DNA of 61,151 nucleotides, the filler included, from Dugesia japonica (Eukaryota), in NCBI GenBank assembly GCA_001938525.1. It is 6 parts of 6 records of this genome, joined end to end, with 100 filler letters (N's around TTAATTAATTAA, not from the genome) between each part and the next. Parts side by side here need not be neighbours in the genome. Positions count along the whole stretch, not along the records: positions 19,410 to 28,592 come from MQRL01631597.1; positions 28,693 to 39,110 come from MQRL01638564.1; 4 more parts are not named here. One strand, written 5' to 3'. The notes beneath the pieces are model-generated. The model saw only the letters and a list, made by a program, of their open reading frames with translations, searched no databases and was not told the DNA's origin. Position 1 is the stretch's first letter. Every line of letters begins with the position of its first letter. Below are positions 26,397 through 35,936 of the stretch, piece after piece. A program made the position numbers and the translations under genes.

Positions 26397-27001
26397 TTAT
26401 TTTAAATCTAATCCTTTTTTATTTTCAATCATTACTATTTTACAATTTTCTAATTTCATTTCTATATGTTTTTCTTCTAAAATACACCAATAAATATTTC
26501 CTTTAAAATCAGTATCTTCAGTTATATGTAAAGTTATAATTACATTATTAATATTTAGTCTATCGTCTTGAGCACTTACATCAAAACAAAAGAATGGGTA
26601 CAAAATCCTGATAATTCTCCATATTCTTTTTTATAAGATAAACCAGTTGTTATAAAATTTAACGTTGTAGATATAACTCATGGTTCTTTAATTATTTCTA
26701 CATCTGTGGAACCTAAACTTAATTTCATTAATTTAAATAAAATAGGAAACCAATTATTTTCTAAAGTTATTTTTTCATAATGTTTATCTGTTTCACCAAA
26801 TTCTAGAGTTATGTAATAATATAACATTGAATTACAAATATCTAAAGGAGTTGTAGTTAGTAAAGATTGAAAAGTTNTATNTCCTGAAGACATTAAATTA
26901 TTAATTGAACCAGAAGTTGGTTNAATCTATAAAACATCATTTTTTAATAACAAAAGATTAAAATTAATATTATTATCTATATTTAGTTTTGTTGTTTCCA
27001 T
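26397..27001 (-). pseudogene. Double jelly-roll major capsid protein, copy A (large internal deletion)
   Basis: METTKLNIDNN..PLDICNSMLYY..ITLENNWFPILF..LGSTDVEII..KEYGELSG joined directly to YPFFCFDVSAQDD..YWCILEEKH; homologous to copy B. Confidence 0.85.
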
Positions 27002-27103
27002 TTTACTAAGATAAAATTTAAAATCTTTTTTGAATTCCTCAAATTACAAAGAAAAACTCGAAAACTCATAATACAATTAATAAAAGCAAATAAGCATATA
27101 ACG

Positions 27104-27293
27104 AGTAATGGAGAAATGAGGGATTTACACCATGGAATTATCATTTTAATATGCATTGGCATTAACAATTAGCAATTAACTATATTAAACTTTATTTTCC
27201 TGATAACAAACTTTGTTTTAGTACTAACGTTTATGCCTTTTGCTCGCTTTAGAGTGTACCCCCATGGCGTAAATCCCTCATTTTTCCATTACT
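27104..27293. repeat. 32-bp inverted repeat (27104-27135 / 27262-27293, 2 mismatches) upstream of the capsid gene
   Basis: AGTAATGGAGAAATGAGGGATTTACACCATGG vs CCATGGCGTAAATCCCTCATTTTTCCATTACT. Confidence 0.85.
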
Positions 27294-27294
27294 A

Positions 27295-27712
27295 TCCATA
27301 CCATGCATAAATATCTTGTAATAATATCTTTAAAAATATCAAGAGTGCCCATAACATGCATAACTTTCTTGTAATATTATCTTAAAAATATCAAGACTGT
27401 CCATATTTTGTAATAATATCTTACAAAATATCAAGACTGCCCATACCATGCATAAATTCCTTAAAAAATATCAAGATTGCCCATCTTATGCTACATATAG
27501 AGACTCTGCATGCAAAATATAAAGACTGCCCGATATCATGTAATAATATCTTAAAAATATCAAGTCTGTTCATAAAATGCATAAATATCTTGTAATAATA
27601 TCTTAAAAAATATCAAGACTGCCCAAACCATGCATAAATAGCTTTAAAAATATCAAGATTGTGAATATTATGCAAAATATAGAGACTCTGCATGCAAAAT
27701 ATCAAGACTAAC
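27295..27712. repeat. Degenerate tandem array with core AAAATATCAAGACTGCCCA (about 9 copies plus 2 variants)
   Basis: Core recurs near 27333, 27386, 27426, 27466, 27514, 27554, 27607, 27647 and 27696, interleaved with CATGCATAAA and TGTAATAATATCTT modules. Confidence 0.85.
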
Positions 27713-27799
27713 CCGTCTCTTACATAAAAAAGTAATTTAATTAAATTAGATTTAATTTAATTTAATTTATTTGCAATAAAAAATTTCTCCCCATTGAAA

Positions 27800-27910
27800 T
27801 GAAAAATTTCATGCCAAAATATTTTTTTTTTAAATTTCCAGCCAAAAAGATTTTTTTTGAATTCCCAGCCAAAAAAATTTTTTTAAATTTCCCGCCAAAA
27901 ATGTTTTTAA
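27800..27910 (-). promoter_or_regulatory. Four ~27-bp tandem units with E2F / CDE-CHR-like sites
   Basis: TTTCATGCCAAAA (27807), TTTCCAGCCAAAA (27835), TTCCCAGCCAAAA (27862), TTTCCCGCCAAAA (27888). The last reads GGCGG-GAAA-TTTAAA on the minus strand. Confidence 0.5.
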
Positions 27911-28592
27911 AAATATTATGACTCCCCTCTTCCCAAGTCAAAAATCTTACAAAACAACACTTCAGTCTTTTCTTTCAGTCTTTTAAACACACACAAACAC
28001 ACACACAATCACAACTTGAACTACTTTTTAAAAAGCACCCTAACAACCTAAACACAATGAAAATTTAAAATTTTAAAATACACACACACACCTTCAGGAT
28101 CAAAAAAACTTTGATCCCATCAAATATTTTTTGATCCCAAAAATCTTAGAAAAAAATAAATCACAAAAATCATGGTTAAAAAAACGCAACTACACTATAT
28201 TTTCTGAGAGAACCAAGACATTTTGTACAAGAAACCCTATATAAAAAATGTTCAGAATTTTATTCTGAGTTCAACAATACCAAATTTGAAATTTTACAAT
28301 AAAAATTGAATGAAAATGTTTGAACCAAAATTTAGGATTTTGGAATTTCGCGAGCAAAACCTCGATCGTTCAAATCCGAATTCGAAGAAGCTTTTTTCGT
28401 ATTCATAACGACCAATTAAAAGCCTACATTCTTGGATCTTTCAGATTGCTGGATCACTTCGTCGGCGGAAGGAGTGACTGATCCATTGCTGCACTATCTA
28501 TCTATTCGATAAAAATTGGAAAAATAAATCCATCAATTTCCTCAAATTTTCAGTCTCCATGCATATTTACAGAAATTATTGATTACGTAATC

Positions 28593-28692
28593 NNNNNNNN
28601 NNNNNNNNNNNNNNNNNNNNNNNNNNNNNNNNNNNNTTAATTAATTAANNNNNNNNNNNNNNNNNNNNNNNNNNNNNNNNNNNNNNNNNNNN
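28593..28692. other. Artificial contig-joining linker
   Basis: 44 N + TTAATTAATTAA + 44 N. Confidence 0.95.
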
Positions 28693-29383
28693 GTAAAGAT
28701 CTATAACTGTTAATATTACATTTTTACCTTTTCGTTCAATTCCTTGAAATATTAAATCTGCAGACCCAGTGTCATCTTTTTCATGTACAATTACTTTTCT
28801 AAAATGTTTTGGTTTCCTATAATCTTTATGAAGTTCTTTACTTTTAATTTCATTTGGATTAATTTCATCATCAGAATATTCTTTTGTAATTATACTCTTT
28901 CTATTTAAATTAGTAGTGGCATTCGCTTCACGAAGGCTTTTACAAATAATAATTTTACCTTTCATAGCTAATTTTACAAGAGCTCTTTGAAATTTTTCTG
29001 CTAATGTTGGATTTTGAATATTATTTAAATCAGAGTATTAAATTTACATCTGCAATATGTCGACCTCGAATATCTTCTGAATTATAAGCAATGTCATGTT
29101 TTAAAGATGCAGCATCAACTTGATTAATTGGTTCTTCTCCAGGTTTTGGTTCTGAATTTTCATCGAGTCTAATATCTAATCTTGTTCCTGGTCCAGTGTA
29201 ATTATGTTTAAATAAATGTCTTTCGCCAGGATACTTTTCCCAAGTAAATGGTTTTAAAATTGCAGATGTTAAATTTGAATTTTGTAGATCACCTCCTTTA
29301 ATATTTATACACAAATCTAAATGTCTTGATTTATTTTTCTTTAAAATTATTTTACCACAATCTTCATATATAAAGCGAGACAT
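28693..29383 (-). pseudogene. Zn-finger + PLA2 + integrase N-terminus, copy B (one frameshift at ~29032)
   Basis: CGKIILKKNKSRHLDLC; HNYTGPGT..VDAASLKHDIAY (intact HD); after the frameshift LVKLAMKGKII..KELHKDYRKPKHFRKVIVH..SADL..ILTVIDLY in one frame. Confidence 0.9.
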
Positions 29384-29387
29384 TTAT

Positions 29388-30793
29388 TTAACATTTAATA
29401 TCAAGCCCTCTCACATTTTCTACCATAACAATTTTACTATTTGCTAATTTCATTTCAACATGTTTTTCTTCAAGAATACACCAATAAACAATTGCTTTAA
29501 AATTTGGATCTTTTTTAATTTTAAGTGTAATATCAACATTATTAATATTCATTTTATCATCGTGTGCGCTAGCATCGAAACAAAACATTGGATATAAATT
29601 ACCAAAATCTAAAAATGATATTTGAGGTTCTGTTAAAAATTCATGACAACATTTACATATTCCAAATAAGGATAACCCATTTCATTATTTTTCATATCAA
29701 ATTGACATTCATTAGCTGGATAATTACAATTGTTTAATTGTAATTGTATACCTTTAATAAAATAATTTTTTGTTACATCTTTTGCTTCGACTTGTAGTTT
29801 TTGTAATTTTCTGTATAAATAAATTATTATTAATTTGATATGAAATTTCTATTTCTTTAAAACAAATTAAAATATATCTAGGTTGATATGCAAGGCTNNN
29901 NNNNNNNNNNNNNNNNNNNNNNNNNNNNNNNNNNNNNNNNNNNNNNNNNNNNNNNNNNNNNNNNNNNNNNNNNNNNNNNNNNNNNNNNNNTATTCTTTCT
30001 AACATAAATAATTCTGCTTTTGGTAATAATCTATATTCTGGAATGTGAAAATCAAGTGTTAATAACTTTAATGACGCAGTTGCATCTTTGTCTCCATAAA
30101 ATAATAGTTTATCTTCAATTTGACGATTGCATCTAATCTCTATCGCTGTGTTATATAAAAGTCGATTATAATTTTGCATAAAACCAAATAAGTTTTTTAA
30201 TTGNNNNNNNNNNNNNNNNNNNNNNNNNNNNNNNNNNNNNNNNNNNNNNNNNNTCGATTATAATTTTGCATAAAACCAAATAAGTTTTTTAATTGAAAGA
30301 ATCCTTCAAATTTATTTGTTGCATAAATTTTTTTTCTATTATAATATCCCATGTTGCAATCCCAACTTTTTACTTCAGTATCTCCTTTATTTATATCTAG
30401 TAACCAACCTGACAATTGTCCATATTCTTTTTTCCAGGTTTCTGTTGTAGTTATTAAATTTAACATTGTAGATATTACACCTGGATTATTTATTGTTTCG
30501 ACTTCTGACGAACCAAGGAATAATCTTATTGAATTAAATAAACTTGGGAAGAAATTATTTTCCAAAGTTATTTTATCTTTNAANGCTTCAGGAATTGTAA
30601 TCTCAATTGTAAAGTATAATAATGAATTACAAATATCAAGTGGGTTTGTTGATTGAAGAGATTAAAAAACTATGTTACCATTTGCATTTAATTTGTTTAT
30701 TGTTCCAGATGACGGTGGAATTACAAGTGTATCATTTTTTATTGCTGCATGTGAAAATTCAATATTATTATCTAAATCTATCATCGTATTCAT
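29388..30793 (-). pseudogene. Double jelly-roll major capsid protein, copy B (near full length; stops and gaps)
   Basis: MNTMIDLDNN..LENNFFPSLFNSIRLFLGSSEVETINNPGVISTM..QLKNLFGFMQNYNRLLYN..PRYILICFK..YPMFCFDAS..VDITLKI..YWCILEEK; pattern of Polinton/adintovirus hexon-like capsids. Confidence 0.85.
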
Positions 30794-30954
30794 TTATTAA
30801 ATATAACATTTAAAACTAATGAAATAATAAAAATAATAAAACTAAATATTAAAAAATAAATAAAATTTTTTTGAAGTTTAATTTTTGAATTTAATCTTTC
30901 AACAATATTTAAAAAACTTATTAAATCTTTTTTTGGTATTTCTATAGACATTTA

Positions 30955-31332
30955 TTAAAGCAATTGTTTAGATTTATTCAATGTTATTTTTATACGATTT
31001 AATATTTTTTCATCATCACTTTGCTTTAATTTTTTTACTTTTTCATCTCTCATAATTTCTGCTAATTTTTCTTTATTAAATTCATTTGATTTTTCCATTA
31101 CAGATTTTAAAACACCATTTTCTATTTTTAAATCATCATTTTCATCTATCAAATCAAGAACTGTAGTTTTCATTACTTCTACTTCCCTTTTATTTAGTCT
31201 ATATGAAACAAACGTTTCTTTTATTATTTGTTTTTGTTCAGCTGGTGAAGCAATTATGGCTAAATTATATTTATCTAATAATTCTTTTTTAAAATCTTCA
31301 TTTTTTAAAATCTCACTTGTAAACGAATCCAT
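30955..31332 (-). CDS. Hypothetical viral protein (coiled-coil), specific to copy B
   Basis: Intact 125-aa ATG ORF, co-oriented and packed with the viral genes. Confidence 0.55.
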   Translation of the reverse strand: MDSFTSEILKNEDFKKELLDKYNLAIIASPAEQKQIIKETFVSYRLNKREVEVMKTTVLDLIDENDDLKIENGVLKSVMEKSNEFNKEKLAEIMRDEKVKKLKQSDDEKILNRIKITLNKSKQLL

Positions 31333-31367
31333 TTTATCAACAATAAATTTAACTAATTTCTAAATCA

Positions 31368-31874
31368 TTAATTCCTTTTGTTATAATAATAACTAAAATC
31401 GTCTTCAATTTTAGTTTCAATTTTTCCACCAGTTGCATTAATTATTCTAATTCTTTTTGGTGTAGTATTACTATTCATCATTTCATTTCTTTTTTCTGTT
31501 AATGTTATTTTTGTTTTTTGTTCAGGAATGAATTCAAAGTTTTTTGTTTTAACATCATAAAAATAATTTCCATATTGATCATTTATAAAAGTATTTGTTT
31601 TTTCATTATAATAATATTTTAGTCTGTGATATTTTTTTCTTTCACATTTTAAATTTAATTCTCTTAATGTTTTATTTAAAGCTACGATTGAAACTCCAAT
31701 TTCGTTTGTTATAATGTGATCTGTCATATTTGGATTTTTCTTTTTAACTTCTTTATATCTTGAAACTAAACAAATCTTTTCTGATTTAAGAAATAAATTA
31801 GAATCAAAACTATTTGCACACTTTATACTTCTTTCAACATTTTCACAAGTTAATTTTTCATATTCTAGGGCCAT
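31368..31874 (-). CDS. Hypothetical viral protein with possible helix-turn-helix, specific to copy B
   Basis: Intact ORF from MALEYE; NPNMTDHIITNEIGVSIVALNKTLREL has HTH-like spacing. Confidence 0.55.
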   Translation of the reverse strand: MALEYEKLTCENVERSIKCANSFDSNLFLKSEKICLVSRYKEVKKKNPNMTDHIITNEIGVSIVALNKTLRELNLKCERKKYHRLKYYYNEKTNTFINDQYGNYFYDVKTKNFEFIPEQKTKITLTEKRNEMMNSNTTPKRIRIINATGGKIETKIEDDFSYYYNKRN

Positions 31875-31924
31875 TTTTTTATAGTATTTTATTAGCACTT
31901 TGTTAACACTTTGTCTCCTCGTAA

Positions 31925-32176
31925 ATGCAATTCGACATTCGACATTTCTTGTTCGACATTTTTCGTTTTACATTTTGATGTTTTACATTTCTTGTTCGAC
32001 ATTCGACATTTTTCCTTCGGTATCGTAATTTAACATTTCTTGTTCGACATTCGACATTCGACATTTTTCCTTCGACGTTTTTCGTTTTACATTTTTTCTT
32101 CGGTATCGTAATTTAACATTTCTTGTTTTACATTTCTTGTTCGACATTCAACATTTGGCTGAGGGGTACCCCCATG
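31925..32176. repeat. Tandem array of CGACATT/TTACATT modules followed by palindrome GGGGTACCCC (32163-32172)
   Basis: Repeated TTCGACATT, TTTCTTGTTCGACA and two copies of CTTCGGTATCGTAATTTAACATTTCTTGTT. Confidence 0.85.
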
Positions 32177-32219
32177 AGTTCTTTTTGTGTTTTACCCTTT
32201 ACTTATATATATCTTAAAA

Positions 32220-32871
32220 TTGTTGGTAAACTCACTGTAATATTATGTTTCAAGAATTTTGGATTTTAATTCGTTTAGAGTTAATGAAAAATTATTGTCC
32301 AGTTCTGTCCGTATGAAATTGATCTGATCCGTATTTAGTTTTTTGGGTTTAAATGTTGTTGTTTGTATGTTTTAAATTGGCTTTCCCTATAAAAAATTGC
32401 CGTATATTTTACATACACTGGTATAAGTAATTTAAAATAGTTTTGCCACATCGCTTAGATTGTAATTTCCATTTTCCAAAGCGCTTATTACTCTTTCGTT
32501 AGTTTCAATACTAATAAAGCCATATCTTCTTCTTGTTACATTATTAGCATCATCTTGACAAGCAGTTGTCATGAACGTTATGTAAAGGTTTGTATCATCA
32601 TGACCATCGGTGATTGAAATCTTTGTATTGTCATATATTTCAGACTTAGCATCTTGTGGTGGCAATATGGAAGTTGAAAAATTCAAAAAGCAGCTTCCAT
32701 AGAAAATTCAACTACAAATGCTTGAGGTACTATTTTTGTATTGTATTTATTTTCGGTTATTGCCGGATTGTTGATATTAATAGAAAAAGTCAAATTGCTG
32801 GTACTAATTAACGCATTTGATTCTGTTTGGCTTTTTGTATCAATGGCGATATTACTTGTGGTATTTTTCAT
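32220..32871 (-). pseudogene. Tc1/IS630-like transposase N-terminal HTH remnant
   Basis: RRRYGFISIETNERVISALENG..LSDVAKLF*ITYTSVCKI..KPKKLNTDQINFIRTELDNN..ITVSLPT; frameshift near 32685. Confidence 0.45.
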
Positions 32872-33519
32872 AAGGGTTAAATTTACTCACATAATAAATG
32901 TAAATGTCAATAACATAATTAATGGCTTTTTAAATTATTATTTTCTAAAAAAATATTTATAAATATTTTTTTTAATATAAATTCTTTTAAAATAACAATG
33001 CCTATATAATAGTCCATAAATTAAAATTTATTATAATTAATTTAATTTTTCTTATCTATAATTAAAGTTTTATCATTTTTAATTTAAAATTTTTTTTTTT
33101 TAAAATTAGAATTATTATTTAAAACTTAAAGATTATAATTCAAACTAGAAAAATTACATAGCAAAATGTAAACCTCTACATAAGTATAGTGAAGTATAAT
33201 CAATTAAACTCTTAACTAAATACGAATTGTTGTATGTTTTAAAAATTTATCAGAATAAAGCAACTGTAAAAATCAATTTTGAATTCTATCCATGTACTCC
33301 ATACTTCTGATGGAATACAAAAAATATGAGGTTCTTTTGTGAAGTCTAATTATAAAAATGTGTTTTTCAAATTGATAATATTCATAAATATATTAGAGTA
33401 TTAAAATAAAATGAATATATTAATATGTAATATGTCATATATTGGTTTTTATTGCAATTTTTTATGCTAATTCTAATGATATTATATCAATAAGTAGTAG
33501 AATTGTTGTATAATTGAAC

Positions 33520-35470
33520 TTTGTGGAGTACCAATGACTGGTCAAAGATTAATGCATTTGGTTCTCAGAGAAAAAAAATTATGAATGCTAAATATATCTA
33601 AATAATTTTTTGGTAAAAGCATATAGGAATACAATGAAAGACTGCAAACGGTGTTAGAGAAGATATAATATTCTGGAGTTAAGTTATTTCTCAAGAAATG
33701 TGTTTTTCTTAAAATCTTCAGTAATATATTTGGGACAAATAATGTAAAGCGATGAAGTGACAAATAATCCAGAAAAATTAGTGCGGTTAAAATTGAATCT
33801 TTCTGATACAAATGAAGAATTATCAAGTTTTCTAGGGTTTTGGAATTATTACATAAGATTTATTTGGATATATACCAAAATTGTTAAACCTCTAGAAGAT
33901 TTATTAAGAAATGCGAATATTAAAAGAAACAGAACAAGGTAGATTTAACATGGGAAGACTTTTTAGGGAAACTTTCGAAAGTTGGAAACATGCTATCACA
34001 AGCGCACTAGTTCTATCATACCAAAATATGGAAAATATTTTTGTATTGAATCAGTGCTAGTTATTTTGTAAATCAAAATCAAGATAACGAAGAAGAAAAT
34101 AATATGCTATGAATCTAAGAAATTTTTGAAAGCAGAAAAAATGTGTGGTTGTGTCATCAGGAAAGTACTCGTAGCGGTTTATTACTTTGTGAAGAAATAC
34201 AAGCATCATTTATTGGGAAAGAAATTTATTATTGTCACAAATAATAAGAGTTAACCATGGATTTTGACTTGGAAAAGACCAATTACATCACAGTATTGCT
34301 CCTGGAAAGATGAACTAAGTATGCATGATTTTGAAATTCAGCATCAAATAGAACAATTACACGCAAATGCCGATGCTTTTACCAGATATTAACAATGCTA
34401 ACAATGTGAAATAAAACATATAGACCTAAAAACTAGACGAAATGTTAACGATCAAAAACAGCGATTCAAACAATTAAGGTTATCGACAAATCAATAATTT
34501 AAAATCTAATCATAAAAAGTATAATGAAAAGAAATTTAATGACACTTTAAAATACTTTCACGGTCTATTAGGCAATCCAAACGCTAAACTAACTTTGATG
34601 AATATCAAGAGATATCATGAATAGATAAACATGGAAAAGGATACGGAGAAATTTGTCGGAAATAGTTGGCCATGTGCTGAGAGAATGTAGAGGGAAAAAT
34701 GGGTACAATATAAAAAATTCTTTTACAGTGACAGAACCATTTGAAAAGATTTGTTGTTATATAACGGGAACGTTACCAAATTCCCTTGGATATTCATATT
34801 TCTTAGAAATCTTTGAATACCATTGAAAGATATTTCTGCAAAGTCAGTCATCGAACTAACATTTGACATATGGATAATGTACTTTGGAATTCCGAAGATA
34901 ATTCATTCTGATAACCAAACACAATTTAAATCAGAAATAATGAAAGAAATATCTAATAAATTACAAATAAAGCCATAATTTTTATCTCCATATTATCAGA
35001 GTATTTGGCTTATAGAAGATGTATTTAGAACAGCCAAAGACAAATTATATGCATCTTGTAAGACACATAACCAATCGTGGACAAAGCAATTCCTTTTGGT
35101 GAACTAAGTAAGAGATCATCAAATAACAAAAGATTTGAGATTTCCTTTTACGAAATTTTATTTGGGAAAAATATGAATTTGAAACCGGATATTTTAACTG
35201 CAAATGTAGAAATTGATAATATGGATATTCTAAATAACTTCGAAAAACGAAGGGAGAAATAACAGCAAAGAGAATACAGATTCCAAAAATAATTAAGCAG
35301 AACATAGGCACACTACATTAAAGATTGGACATTGGGTAATAGAAAAAACAGAAGAGAGCTACTGAAAAAAATATATACAAACCGTAAATTGTAAACAAGT
35401 TTCTCAATTATTATAATTTACAATTAAAAGATGGAATAAAAGTAATTCGTCAAAATTTTCACTAATTTAA
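33520..35470 (+). mobile_element. Heavily decayed Gypsy pol (RT thumb, RNase H, integrase)
   Basis: SFLGFWNYYIRFI, SALVLSY, YKHHLLGKKFII, HANADA, CEQC-like, EPFEKIC, FGIPKIIHSDNQTQF, SPYY. Confidence 0.75.
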
Positions 35471-35720
35471 ATGATTCATTCTGGAATTTTGAAGTATTTG
35501 TAGATTTTTCATCATCATATTCTTTTTCAGTATTGCCAATTCATCTGGCATGTCTCTGATACGGTCCCAATATATGTTTTCATCATCATGTTCTTTATAT
35601 CATGAATTAAAATTATTACTATTTAAATTACTATCATTAAGTTTTAAATTCATGTAACTACTACATATTTTAGGAAGAAAACTCATATTATCTAATATTT
35701 TTGAGTAAATTAGTTCATTA

Positions 35721-35936
35721 GTAGTTGTCAAATGGGATGAATGAACACCAAAGCTCTTTTTTTTTCATTTTTTCGCCGTACTCAAAAAAACAATTTTCAT
35801 GATTTTTCGCACATCACAATTATAAGTCAATTTAAGAAAAGAAATTTAATTAATACATTAAAATAAAATTTTTTATAAACGGCTCAAAAATGAAAAAAAC
35901 GAGCTCCGAGGCTCATTCATCCTTTTTGACAACTAT
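35721..35936. mobile_element. MITE with ~60-bp TIRs flanked by TA
   Basis: TAGTTGTCAAATGGGATGAATGA..GCCGT vs ACGGC..TCATTCATCCTTTTTGACAACTA. Confidence 0.7.

Larger units (their letters stand above)
22389..27910 (-). mobile_element. Endogenous Polinton/Maverick/adintovirus-like viral element, copy A (decayed, truncated)
   Basis: Seven tightly packed intronless minus-strand genes including major capsid, PLA2, integrase, packaging ATPase and minor capsid, plus a repeat-rich upstream region. The right boundary is approximate. Confidence 0.9.
28693..32210 (-). mobile_element. Endogenous Polinton/adintovirus-like viral element, copy B (cut by contig end)
   Basis: Same capsid > Zn/PLA2 > integrase order as copy A, with two extra upstream ORFs and its own tandem array. 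Confidence 0.9.

Noticed and set aside
27295-27712. CRISPR-like array
   Set aside because: The intervening sequences are themselves repeated modules rather than unique spacers, the repeats are degenerate, no cas genes are present and the context is eukaryotic.
27960-28210. Exact terminal inverted repeat and TSD of viral copy A (CA-rich tracts, GATC repeats)
   Set aside because: The opposite end is missing, so no TIR or TSD pair can be verified.
30163-30295. Internal duplication in the capsid gene; similar duplications at 21584-21675 and 55300-55865
   Set aside because: Near-identical sequence on both sides of an N gap is typical of unmerged overlapping contig ends.
22389-32210. Copies A and B as a tandem viral dimer or one long genome
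   Set aside because: They are separated by an artificial linker at 28593-28692 and are divergent in sequence.
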